A stretch of DNA of 32,200 bases. Origin: Acidobacteriota bacterium (GTDB lineage Bacteria; Acidobacteriota; Terriglobia; 20CM-2-55-15). Under the pieces are notes generated by a model. It did no database searches, was not told the DNA's origin, and was given only the letters and a program-made list of their open reading frames with translations. A program made the position numbers and the translations under genes. Numbering within the stretch: the first letter of the stretch is position 1; the number at the start of each line of letters is the position of its first letter. This document shows positions 7,166 through 16,172 of this stretch, piece by piece. The stretch covers positions 866 to 33,065 of the forward strand of contig QHXD01000004.1 of NCBI GenBank assembly GCA_003223895.1, given 5' to 3'.

Positions 7166-7880
7166 TGAGAAAGCAATGCGCATCCGATCGCGCCGCAGCT
7201 TTCTGAAAGCCGGCGTTGCGGCCCTGGGCGGCGTGGGCTCTTTCCATTGGCTCCGAACGCGCCGCCATGATGATGGCGTGCCGTGGCCGCTGCGCCGTGT
7301 TCTCGAAACCAACGAGCAACTCGCGCGCGAGTATTTCAGCGCCAGTCACCTTGCTCCCACGTTTCCGGAATCGATGGTCAGTCCTCCGCGTGAGAACGGC
7401 GGAGAGGGTTTGAGCAGGGATTTTGACATCCGATCCTGGACGCTAAAGGTGGTGAGCTCTGTGCATTCCAGGCGCCTGGAGCTGACGCTGGACGATATCA
7501 AGAGACTCCCACGGGTTGAAATGGTGACGGAACTACACTGCATCGAAGGATGGAGTCAGGTGGTGCATTGGACCGGAGCAAGGCTCTCAAACCTGGTTGC
7601 AGAGGCCGGTTCCGATGCGCGATACGTCGGTATGGAGACTCCGGATGGCGGTTACTACGTTGGTCTGGACATAGCGAGCGCCGTACATCCCCAAACGCTA
7701 TTGTGTTACGAAATGAACGGACGGGAACTGACGCCAGAACACGGCGCGCCGTTGCGCCTGGCCACGCCTGTCAAGTACGGCATCAAGAACATCAAACGAA
7801 TTGGAACGGTTCACTTTACAAATACCCGCCCTCCCGACTTCTGGGCCGAACGAGGCCACGACTGGTACGCCGGCCTATAA
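7158..7880 (+). CDS. Molybdopterin-dependent oxidoreductase (sulfite-oxidase fold, YedY/MsrP-like, short form) with Tat signal
   Basis: The Tat motif SRRSFLKAGVAALGG is followed by ...LHCIEGWS....W.G.RL..L..........YV....DGGYY..LD........TLL.YEMNG..L...HGAPLRL..P.KYG.KN.K.I, characteristic of the Oxidored_molyb domain. The start is GTG 7158 (GGAGA 9 nt upstream); alternative ATG at 7176. Confidence 0.8.
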   Translation: MTDEKAMRIRSRRSFLKAGVAALGGVGSFHWLRTRRHDDGVPWPLRRVLETNEQLAREYFSASHLAPTFPESMVSPPRENGGEGLSRDFDIRSWTLKVVSSVHSRRLELTLDDIKRLPRVEMVTELHCIEGWSQVVHWTGARLSNLVAEAGSDARYVGMETPDGGYYVGLDIASAVHPQTLLCYEMNGRELTPEHGAPLRLATPVKYGIKNIKRIGTVHFTNTRPPDFWAERGHDWYAGL

Positions 7881-7946
7881 CATATTGTGGATTCCATTTG
7901 AGCAAAAGACCCGTCAGCCCGGGGCTACGCGGCTCCGTTCGGGTTA

Positions 7947-9131
7947 CTACTTGCGCTTTTGAACCAGGGCGTCAATTTCGTCGATTTCCTTGGGAAATGT
8001 CGAGAGGAGGCGGTAACCCGTAGACGTCACAAGTACATCGTCTTCGATGCGGACTCCAAGCTTCTCTTCGGGGATATAGATGCCCGGCTCAACCGTGATG
8101 ACCATGTTGGCTTCGAGCGGCCGGGTCGTTGCTCCGACGTCATGGACCTCGAGTCCGATGTGGTGGCTGGTTCCATGGATGAAATATTTTCCGTAGCCTT
8201 TGGACTCGATATAGCTCTTGGAAGCCTGATGGATTTCGCTAATCGTCACACCCGGCTTCACCTTCGCCATCGCGGCCTTCTGCGCGTCGAGCACGATTTG
8301 ATAGATCTCGCGCTGCCGCGGCGAGAACTTTCCGGAAACAGGATAGGTGCGTGTGACGTCCGCCGCGTAGCCGCCGTATTCCGCGCCGATATCCACGACA
8401 ACGGTATCGCCGGACTCCATGCGCCGCGTATTTTCGTTGTAGTGAAGAATGGTTGAAAACGGCCCGGAACCGACAATGGAAGGAAAGGCTGGACGCTCGG
8501 CGCCATTGTGTCGAAACTCAAATTCGAGCGCCGCTTCAACTTCATATTCCCAGGCTCCCGGGGCAATCTCTCGTGCGGCTGCCTGCTGGGCCTTCATCGT
8601 GATCTGGATTGCTTTCTCGAGAAGGGCGATTTCAGTTCGCGACTTCGTCTGGCGAAGGTAGGCAATATCGCTCTCGGCCTCTTTCAAGCCATATGTGGCC
8701 TTTGCTCGCTCCGAAACTTTTCTCAGTGTCGCGTCGAATTCAGACACCGGCAGGACTTTCGCAAAACCTGTGACTCTTGCTGCATCCGGCCCGGGCCCCA
8801 GCTTTTCGCCCGTCCACCGTTCTTCCGCTGGCTTTCGCTCGGGAATGAAGAGGAACTCCTGCATTGGCTCGGAAACGGCATCCAACAGAAGGATGGCGCC
8901 CGGCTGGTCAAACCCGGTAAGGTAATAGAAATTGCGTTCCTGCTGGTACTCCGTGAGTTCCTGATCCGGCGCCGCCCGCAGCACGAGCACATTTCCCTTG
9001 ATGCGTTCCGCCAGACGCTCCCGCCGGGCCCGGTACTCCGTCAGCGGTTCCTTCTCGATTGCAAACAGCGAGACCGCAGTCAGAAACAACAAACAAACGC
9101 GGGCGAAAGCGGCGCGGCTCGTTCCATTCAT
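7947..9131 (-). CDS. Xaa-Pro aminopeptidase (M24B) with N-terminal signal/anchor
   Basis: Creatinase/AMP_N-like N-domain (F.YLTGF..PGAILLLD) plus the M24 core (DIGAEYGGYAADVTRT.P..GKF...Q...Y......A........PG....I........GYG.YF.HGTSHHIGLEVHD...L...MV.TVEPGIY.....GVRIED.V). The ORF-track entry is trimmed to ATG 9131, which overlaps the upstream GT2 stop (ATGA) and gives MNGTSRAAFARVCLLFLTAVSLFA. Confidence 0.85.
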   Translation of the reverse strand: MNGTSRAAFARVCLLFLTAVSLFAIEKEPLTEYRARRERLAERIKGNVLVLRAAPDQELTEYQQERNFYYLTGFDQPGAILLLDAVSEPMQEFLFIPERKPAEERWTGEKLGPGPDAARVTGFAKVLPVSEFDATLRKVSERAKATYGLKEAESDIAYLRQTKSRTEIALLEKAIQITMKAQQAAAREIAPGAWEYEVEAALEFEFRHNGAERPAFPSIVGSGPFSTILHYNENTRRMESGDTVVVDIGAEYGGYAADVTRTYPVSGKFSPRQREIYQIVLDAQKAAMAKVKPGVTISEIHQASKSYIESKGYGKYFIHGTSHHIGLEVHDVGATTRPLEANMVITVEPGIYIPEEKLGVRIEDDVLVTSTGYRLLSTFPKEIDEIDALVQKRK

Positions 9132-10678
9132 AAGCCTCTCAGCCATCGGTGCAGCGTCATGTGAACAATCGACATCAGACCCATATATGTGAACCCAATG
9201 ACGAACAACATGAGAAAAGGAATCGTTGGGTAGTTCTGGCTCGTAAAAGCATAGAGAACGACGAGGCTGAAATACGCGCCCAGGGACAGTTCGAAAAACG
9301 GCATCATACCTGTCCTGCGCAGGTACTGCTTGGTGGCCCATCGATCTTTCTTACTCTCGATCTTGTATTTGGGCGTCCTCTTGAAGCTGCTTTTAATGCC
9401 GAGCAGCGCTTCCATAACCGCTTTCGAGTTGCTGACTGAAAGGCCTATTCCCACAGACATGAGGAACGGAAGATATTTCAGCCGAATTCTCCAGTCCGGA
9501 TAAAGCTCCTTCTGCGAGATGAGATAGAACATGGAAACGGATGCTGTCGAGGCGAGCCACAGCGGCAGGTCGATGTAGAGCATCTGGAACCAGCCCTGGT
9601 TGAACCTCACGATCATGGCCGGCAGCAGGAGGAACGAAAGCGCGATCATCAGCGGATACGAAATGTTTGCCGTCAGGTGAAAGAAAGCCTCGACCTTGAT
9701 TTTCCAGGGCAGATCGCTTCGCAGAATCCGGGGAAGTAACTTGATGGCCGTCTGCACCAGTCCCTTCGCCCACCGCGACTGCTGTGTCTTGAACGAATTC
9801 ATTTCGACGGGAAGCTCGGCCGGGCAAACGACGTGGGGAAGATATAAAAACTTCCATCCGGCCAGTTGTGCCCGATAGCTGAGATCGGTGTCTTCCGTAA
9901 GCGTGTCGTGTTCCCAGCCACCGGCCGATTCGATCGTCTGGCGCCGCCAGATGCCTGCCGTTCCATTGAAATTGAAGAAGCGGCCAGACAGATGACGTCC
10001 GCCGTGCTCGATCACGAAATGGCCGTCCAGGATCACAGACTCGACCTGCGTCAGGAGGGAATACTCGCGATTGATGTGGCCCCATCGCGTCTGGACCATT
10101 CCCACTTCTGCATCGCTGAAATAATCCACTACATCTTCGAGAAAGCTCGCCCCCGGCGTGAAGTCTGCATCGAAAATTGCGATCAATTCGCCTGCCGCCA
10201 GTTTCAGTCCGTTCTCGAGCGCACCGGCTTTGAATCCGGATCGGTTCGCGCGGTGGACATGACTGATGTTGAAACCCAACCCACGATGCTTCGCCACGCA
10301 GGCCGCCGCAATTTCGACGGTTCCGTCGGTGGAGTCGTCCAGAACCTGAATCTCCAGAAGCTCACGCGGGTAACGGATCCCGCACACCGCTTCGACCAGC
10401 CGCTCGACCACGTACATCTCGTTGTATATGGGAAGTTGAACCGTCACTCGCGGCTTTACATCGAGCCTGGCTTTCGGCTGAGCGACTTTGTCTTTGTTTT
10501 TCAGATACAGGTACACGAGGTAATAGCGGTGGATTCCATAAACCGCAAGAATGCCCAGAATCGTGAGGTAGGGAATGAGGATGAAAGCATCGAAAAGATT
10601 GAGCTGGTATAGGCCATTCCAATGAGTAAGCGGCTGATAAAAACGGGGCCGCTCCGGCGGCAGTATCAAACTCGCCAT
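9128..10678 (-). CDS. Membrane-integrated family-2 glycosyltransferase, processive cellulose-synthase/CslA-like
   Basis: Motifs VTVQLPIYNE, QVLDDSTDGT, FDADF, TEDTDLS and QQSRWAKG (QxxRW), flanked by N- and C-terminal TM helices. Trimmed to ATG 10678 (MASLILPP...), 15 nt after the UbiA stop. Confidence 0.85.
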   Translation of the reverse strand: MASLILPPERPRFYQPLTHWNGLYQLNLFDAFILIPYLTILGILAVYGIHRYYLVYLYLKNKDKVAQPKARLDVKPRVTVQLPIYNEMYVVERLVEAVCGIRYPRELLEIQVLDDSTDGTVEIAAACVAKHRGLGFNISHVHRANRSGFKAGALENGLKLAAGELIAIFDADFTPGASFLEDVVDYFSDAEVGMVQTRWGHINREYSLLTQVESVILDGHFVIEHGGRHLSGRFFNFNGTAGIWRRQTIESAGGWEHDTLTEDTDLSYRAQLAGWKFLYLPHVVCPAELPVEMNSFKTQQSRWAKGLVQTAIKLLPRILRSDLPWKIKVEAFFHLTANISYPLMIALSFLLLPAMIVRFNQGWFQMLYIDLPLWLASTASVSMFYLISQKELYPDWRIRLKYLPFLMSVGIGLSVSNSKAVMEALLGIKSSFKRTPKYKIESKKDRWATKQYLRRTGMMPFFELSLGAYFSLVVLYAFTSQNYPTIPFLMLFVIGFTYMGLMSIVHMTLHRWLRGL

Positions 10679-10692
10679 CAGGCAATAATTGT

Positions 10693-11553
10693 TCACCTTG
10701 TTAGTATGTCTCCTGCAAACGCCAGCAGTAGGAGAATGCTGACGTATCCGTTCAGGTTGAAGAAAGCCACGTTGACACGACTTAGATCGTGCGGTTTCAC
10801 GATCCGATGTTCCCAATACAGAATGATGGCCACTATCGCGATACCCGTGTATGCCATCCATCCGGAGCTGCTAAGGATGGCTGTGGCGGCGAGAAGCAAC
10901 ACGGTTCCCGCATGAAACAGTGCTGAGATTCGCAGCGCCGGAGCCATACCGAATTTCGAAGGCAGTGAAAAAAGCCTGGCCCTGCGATCGAACTCGGTGT
11001 CTTGAAGCGAATAAATCACGTCAAATCCTGCTACCCAGAACGTCACCGCGCCGCTGAGAAGAATCGGCGCCCATGCGAACTCTCCGCGGACGGCGAGCCA
11101 GGCCGCGAGAGGCGCAGAACCAACGGCCAAACCCAGCACGATGTGGCTTAGCGACGTGAACCGTTTGGTGTACGAATAAAAGAACAACAGAGCCAACGCC
11201 GGAAACGACAGATAGAAGCACAGCCTATTCAATTGCCAGGCCGAGAATACGAACAGGGACGACATTGCAACCGTGAAGATCACAGCAAACTGCATGGACA
11301 GCGTGCCTCGCGGCAGCGCGCGTTCGCTGGTTCTCGGGTTCATCCTGTCGTAGTGGAGATCCGCGATTCGATTGAAAGCCATTGCGGCGCTCCTTGCCCC
11401 GACCATGGCAGCTACGATCCAGCCGGTCTGCCAGACAGTCGGCAGGCCTCTCCGGGCCAACAATGCCCCTAAAAATGCAAATGGAAGGGCGAAGACCGTG
11501 TGCTCGAACTTAATCATGTTAAGCGTAATGCTTAACTTGCGCCAAATCAACAC
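10693..11553 (-). CDS. UbiA-family aromatic/polyprenyl prenyltransferase (4-hydroxybenzoate polyprenyltransferase-related; MqnP-like possible)
   Basis: 286 aa polytopic protein. ...IKFEHTVFALPFAFLGALLA...RSAAMAFNRIADLHYD..NPRTS.RALP.G... (first Asp-rich motif) and ...D.IYSLQD.EFD (second motif). GTG start preceded by GGGAG. Confidence 0.8.
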   Translation of the reverse strand: MLIWRKLSITLNMIKFEHTVFALPFAFLGALLARRGLPTVWQTGWIVAAMVGARSAAMAFNRIADLHYDRMNPRTSERALPRGTLSMQFAVIFTVAMSSLFVFSAWQLNRLCFYLSFPALALLFFYSYTKRFTSLSHIVLGLAVGSAPLAAWLAVRGEFAWAPILLSGAVTFWVAGFDVIYSLQDTEFDRRARLFSLPSKFGMAPALRISALFHAGTVLLLAATAILSSSGWMAYTGIAIVAIILYWEHRIVKPHDLSRVNVAFFNLNGYVSILLLLAFAGDILTR

Positions 11554-11591
11554 TTAGCTCCCAATATCCCAGGAACTAAGTCTAACGCAAT

Positions 11592-13070
11592 ATGACCTAC
11601 TCAAAGCAACGACTTAGGGAGGTTTTGGAACTCAAGCGGACAGCGGTGCGCCATATCCAGAGCGATATCGGGGAACTTGGCGCCTCTCCCAGCCGGAAAT
11701 ATATCCACGAATTTAATCGTGAGTTCCAGACTTTTCAGGCCGTTTGTGAGCCTGAGACCGTTTTTGAAGAAGCCCGCACGGCGAACCTGATCTGGATCGG
11801 CGACTACCACGCCCTTCCCAGAAGCCAGACCTACGCTGCACAGTTTATCCGGCAACTGGCCGCCAAAAACGTGAATCTCGCGCTTGCCGTGGAGCCTGTC
11901 TTCGCCCGGAGTCAGAAGATCCTGGACCACTGGATGGCGGGACGAATTTCGGAGCAGGAATTTCTTGACGGTATCCGCTACCAGGAAGAGTGGGGCTGCG
12001 ACTGGAGCGGCTACAAAGGCATCTTCGATACAGCCCGCGAACTTCGCATTCCGGCATACGGCGTCGACTGTCACCCGCGAAATGACATGCGAAGCATCAG
12101 CCGCCGCGACCTCGGAGTGGCGCGACGCATTTCGCGTTTAATCGAAGAAGATCCTTCTCGATGTCTTGTCGTGGTCTTTGGAGAATCCCATCTCGCGACG
12201 GATCATCTGCCTGCACGAGTGCGCGCCATTCTTCAGAGGAAGGAAATCGCTCTGAGGGAAGTCTTCGTCCTGCAAAACGTGGACAGCATTTATTGGAAGC
12301 TTCAGGAACAAGGGCATCATGACGCTCGCTCCGTCCGTGTGCGCGAGGGTGCCTATTGTGTATTCAACGCGACGCCGATCGAGAAGTACGAGTCCTTTCG
12401 CCAGTACCTTCACAATTGTCTTGGAGAAGACTCTTGCGGGGATTGGACGCTGCTCGCGCAAACTCTCATGGAAGTCATGATGGATTTTCTTGCCATGAAG
12501 AAGAATGACTCCGTCGTGAGCTGCATGCCGATGCCTGAGCTCAATCCAGTGATGGTCGACCGGTTTCAGCTCGGCTCCGCCGCCGAGGAATTTGCGCGCC
12601 ACATCCATCAGGCGTGCCGTGGCGAGTTGGACAGGCCTGCCGAACGGGCGGCCAATGATCAGTTCTTCGTGAATGTCATTGAGAGCGGCCTCGGCTATTT
12701 CTGGTCGAAACTGCTCGACTCGTCGCGAGATGGTATCGAGCCCCTCGCGGAACGTGTTCTCGGCCAGATCGGCCGCAACGACCAGCTCACGCGGGCCATC
12801 GAGCTGCTCGTGGATCCGTCCCGGCGGCCCGGTGCACAGCACTTCTCAGTGCTTAGACTGGCAATCGAGGCGAAAATCGGCAAGCAAAAGACAAAGAGAA
12901 TGCTGAGTGAGTTACTTGGATACGCGCTGGGCCGAAGGCTTTACCACGCCTACCTGCAATCGCGAATCTCCAGGAAAGAAATTCAGGCCCTCTTTCATGA
13001 TCCTCTGAATACGCCCAACCGTCCGTTAGAATGTTATCGGGAACTGACGGAACGGCTGGTTCATGACTGA
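11592..13070 (+). CDS. Uncharacterised protein: N-terminal ChaN/DUF399 (Tiki-TraB-erythromycin-esterase superfamily)-like domain plus a roughly 250-aa unknown helical C-terminal region
   Basis: 492-aa ORF. Residues about 60-230 show the ChaN-like pattern ([11 protein letters not shown]...LAVEPVF..Q..LD.W..G.I.E.EFL.......W...W..Y..IF..AR...IP..G.D........VVVFGESHL). Family recall only. The 3' end overlaps larB by 8 nt. Confidence 0.6.
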   Translation: MTYSKQRLREVLELKRTAVRHIQSDIGELGASPSRKYIHEFNREFQTFQAVCEPETVFEEARTANLIWIGDYHALPRSQTYAAQFIRQLAAKNVNLALAVEPVFARSQKILDHWMAGRISEQEFLDGIRYQEEWGCDWSGYKGIFDTARELRIPAYGVDCHPRNDMRSISRRDLGVARRISRLIEEDPSRCLVVVFGESHLATDHLPARVRAILQRKEIALREVFVLQNVDSIYWKLQEQGHHDARSVRVREGAYCVFNATPIEKYESFRQYLHNCLGEDSCGDWTLLAQTLMEVMMDFLAMKKNDSVVSCMPMPELNPVMVDRFQLGSAAEEFARHIHQACRGELDRPAERAANDQFFVNVIESGLGYFWSKLLDSSRDGIEPLAERVLGQIGRNDQLTRAIELLVDPSRRPGAQHFSVLRLAIEAKIGKQKTKRMLSELLGYALGRRLYHAYLQSRISRKEIQALFHDPLNTPNRPLECYRELTERLVHD

Positions 13071-13809
13071 AGAGCAAATCCGAAAAATCCTGGACGAATA
13101 CAAAAGGGGCGCTTTGACGCCTGACGAAGCACTCCACCGCCTGCGCTCATTGCCGTTCGAGGATCTCGGCTTCGCCAACATCGATCACCATCGACCCCTT
13201 CGGCAGGGCTTTCCTGAAGTGGTTTTCGGCGAAGGTAAAACGATCGATCAGGTCGCGCGCATCGTCGAATCGATGTACAGGCACGACCATAACATCCTGG
13301 TTACCCGGAGTACCCCCGCGCACTTCGAGCGTGTGAAAAGGATTGCTCCCGAGGCCGAATACCATGAGGGGGCGCGCGCCATTGTTGTTCAAAAAGATAC
13401 GAAGATTCACGGTAAAGGCACAATCCTGGTGGTTTCTGCCGGGACATCCGACATGCCCGTTGCCGAGGAAGCGGTCGTGACGTTGAAGGTGATGGGCAAC
13501 AACATCGATTCCCTTTACGACGTCGGAGTGGCCGGCCTCCATCGATTGCTCGACCGGCGCGAACGCCTGACCCAGGCGCGTGTCTTGATTGTGGTGGCCG
13601 GCATGGAAGGCGCTCTGCCCAGTGTGGTCGGCGGTCTGGTATCGGTGCCTGTCATTGCGGTTCCAACGAGCATCGGTTACGGCGCCAGCTTCAATGGCGT
13701 CGCCGCTCTCCTTGGCATGCTGAACAGTTGTGCCTCGAATGTAACGGTTGTGAACATCGATAATGGTTACGGCGCCGCTGTTGTGGCGAGCCTGATCAAT
13801 CGGCTGTAA
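13063..13809 (+). CDS. larB: Nickel-pincer cofactor biosynthesis protein LarB (PurE-like NaAD carboxylase/hydrolase)
   Basis: 248 aa. N-terminal ...[37 protein letters not shown] and a PurE-like C-terminal half ([21 protein letters not shown]......YDVGVAG.HRLL.......[30 protein letters not shown]). This is the classic LarB signature. Confidence 0.85.
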   Translation: MTEEQIRKILDEYKRGALTPDEALHRLRSLPFEDLGFANIDHHRPLRQGFPEVVFGEGKTIDQVARIVESMYRHDHNILVTRSTPAHFERVKRIAPEAEYHEGARAIVVQKDTKIHGKGTILVVSAGTSDMPVAEEAVVTLKVMGNNIDSLYDVGVAGLHRLLDRRERLTQARVLIVVAGMEGALPSVVGGLVSVPVIAVPTSIGYGASFNGVAALLGMLNSCASNVTVVNIDNGYGAAVVASLINRL

Positions 13810-16172
13810 TGGACTTCTCCCTCGACGCCCTCGAGTATCACCGGCTGAAAGAATTGCTCGGCCGCTATGTGTCGACCGATGCGGGCCGCCTCGCGCTTGC
13901 CGGACTCTCGCCGATGCTCGACGAACAGAAGCTCGATGCGGAGCACGCCATTACGGCCGAAGCGATGGCGTACCTGCGAGAGCACCGGGTTCCGTTCAAC
14001 GACATCGCTCTGTTGTCCCAGGCACTGGAGAAGCTCTCGGTTGCAGGCTCCAGTCTGGAAATTGCCGAGATCGAAGCCATCCAATCGTTCCTTTCCCAGG
14101 TCGAAGGTCTTCGGCTTCGCTGGAAAGAGGAGCGTGAGAAGTTTCCGAAGCTCGCGCAGACCGGACAGCGGCTGCCCGATCTGCGGGACCTGGCAAAGCA
14201 CCTTGGCCGCGCCATCCACAATGGTGAAGTCGACGAGAAGTACAGTCCAGAACTCGCGCGTATCCGGCGCGCGCTCGCGGCGTCGCGCTCGCGTTTGACC
14301 GAGAAGCTCGAATCCATCGTCCGGAGTCCGGCATACGCCTCTCAATTGCAGGAACAGCTCGTGACCATTCGAAACGGCCGGTTCGTGATTCCTGTGCGCA
14401 GCGACCAAAAGCGCGGCGTTGAAGGCATCATTCACGGCAGTTCATCAAGCGGCGCGACGGTGTTCATGGAGCCTCTCGCGGTGCTGGAGATGAACAACGA
14501 ACTGGTCCGGTTGCAGGAAGAAGAGCGATATGAGATCGCACGCATTCTTGCTGAGCTGACGGATCTGATTCAGGCAAGCGCCGGCCCGATCGAGTTTGCG
14601 CGCTCGCTGGCCGCTTACCTGGAGCTGGTTTTTGCGAAGGCGCGGTTTGGCCGTGATTTCGATTGTGTTCGCCCGTCCTTTTCGCGAGGACCGCTGCTCA
14701 GTTTGATCAAAGCAAGGCATCCGCTGCTCGAAGACAATTTGAAACGCGAGGGTGCGTCCGTGTCGCCCGTGTCGCTGGACATGGATTCAACTCGAACCGT
14801 TCTGGTCATCAGCGGCCCCAATGCCGGCGGAAAAACAGTGGTGCTCAAGACGGTCGGACTATTGGCCCTGATGGCGCAGTCCGGCATTCCGGTGCCGTCG
14901 GAAGAGGCGGCCCTGCCGATTTTCGATCGAGTGCTTGCCGACATCGGGGATCAGCAGTCCATCACGAATCACCTCAGCACTTTTTCGGCCCACGTTCTGG
15001 CGATCAAGTCGATGGTCGAATCGGCGACTGCCCGGTCGCTGATTCTCATGGATGAGATCGGCAGCAGCACCGAACCCGGGGAGGGGGCCGCACTCGCTCG
15101 TGCCGTCCTCGAACAATTCCGGGAAATCGGCGCTTTGACGATCGCGACAACCCATTACAACCGGCTGAAGCTCTACGCGGAAACGACGGCGGGCGTGGCG
15201 AACGCCGCAATGGAATTCAATGAAATCACTTTGGAACCGACCTATCGCCTGATTCACGGGCTGGCCGGGGCATCGAGCGGTTTGAAAATTGCAGAACGAC
15301 TGCAGTTGCCGGCGAAGGTACTGCAAAAGGCGACCGGATTCCTGGACACGGCTGATGTAGAAGCGGGGCATTATGTCGAGGAACTGAGGCGCAGGATTGC
15401 GGACCTGGAGGGCGAGAAGACGAGATTAGAAAAGGAACGGAAGGAATTCGAGGACTGGAAGCAAAAGGAGTTGGACCAGGTCACCGCGCAGCACAAAGAG
15501 GAGATTGCGAGGGTAGAGAAAAAGCTGGAGCGGATCGTGAAGGAGATGTCGGAGCGGGCGTCGCGGGAACTGGAGTCCGTGCGTGACGACTCGGTCAAGA
15601 AGTACCAGAAGAAACTGGCAAGTGTTAAGGAGCAGGCGACGTCGGAAATCAAAAGGGAAAGAGAAAAGATCCAACCGGCGTCGAAAACTGAGCCTTCGCC
15701 CGGCGGGCTTCCGGGGCGCATCCAAGTCCCGCTGAGAGAGGGACAGGCCGTACGAGTTGCTTCCCTTGGAGTAACTGGGATAGTTACATCATTAAAAGGC
15801 GACGGTGCTGAAGTGCTGGTGGGGAACATCAAACTACGTAGGCCTGTCGCCGATCTCGAGGTGATCGAGAACCCGCCGATCCGATTGCCCCAGGGAGTTC
15901 ACCTGACTGTTGCATCCAAGCAGCTGGAGAAGAACGAACTCAACCTTCTGGGGCGTAGAGTCGACGAAGCCGTCGATATGACGGACAAATTCCTGGACGA
16001 TGCCTTCCTGGCACAGATGAACCAGATTCGAATCGTCCATGGAACCGGAACTGGCGCCCTGCGGCAGGCGATAACCGAATTGCTGAGCGGCCACCCGCAC
16101 GTGGCGCGTTTCGAGGCTGCGCCGCAGAACCAGGGCGGCCGCGGTGTCACCGTGGTCACGTTGAGGGAATAA
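13809..16172 (+). CDS. mutS2: Endonuclease MutS2 (MutS domain, Walker A, coiled coil, C-terminal Smr domain)
   Basis: 787 aa. ...ARHPLL......PV.L........VISGPNAGGKTV.LKT.GL..LMAQSG..VP...... ...DE.G.GT.P.EGAAL; a long E/K-rich coiled coil; C-terminal Smr (.L.LLG.RV.EA....DKFLD.A.L.....IRIVHG.GTGALR.A...LL..HP.V). The ATG overlaps the larB stop (TAATG). Confidence 0.92.
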   Translation: MDFSLDALEYHRLKELLGRYVSTDAGRLALAGLSPMLDEQKLDAEHAITAEAMAYLREHRVPFNDIALLSQALEKLSVAGSSLEIAEIEAIQSFLSQVEGLRLRWKEEREKFPKLAQTGQRLPDLRDLAKHLGRAIHNGEVDEKYSPELARIRRALAASRSRLTEKLESIVRSPAYASQLQEQLVTIRNGRFVIPVRSDQKRGVEGIIHGSSSSGATVFMEPLAVLEMNNELVRLQEEERYEIARILAELTDLIQASAGPIEFARSLAAYLELVFAKARFGRDFDCVRPSFSRGPLLSLIKARHPLLEDNLKREGASVSPVSLDMDSTRTVLVISGPNAGGKTVVLKTVGLLALMAQSGIPVPSEEAALPIFDRVLADIGDQQSITNHLSTFSAHVLAIKSMVESATARSLILMDEIGSSTEPGEGAALARAVLEQFREIGALTIATTHYNRLKLYAETTAGVANAAMEFNEITLEPTYRLIHGLAGASSGLKIAERLQLPAKVLQKATGFLDTADVEAGHYVEELRRRIADLEGEKTRLEKERKEFEDWKQKELDQVTAQHKEEIARVEKKLERIVKEMSERASRELESVRDDSVKKYQKKLASVKEQATSEIKREREKIQPASKTEPSPGGLPGRIQVPLREGQAVRVASLGVTGIVTSLKGDGAEVLVGNIKLRRPVADLEVIENPPIRLPQGVHLTVASKQLEKNELNLLGRRVDEAVDMTDKFLDDAFLAQMNQIRIVHGTGTGALRQAITELLSGHPHVARFEAAPQNQGGRGVTVVTLRE

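Noticed and set aside
7881-7946. Terminator between the convergent Mo-oxidoreductase and aminopeptidase genes.
   Set aside because: Only short, imperfect GC-rich complementarities (AGCCC/GGGCT, ACCCG/CGGGT) are present, with no T-run. I could not define a convincing stem-loop by eye.
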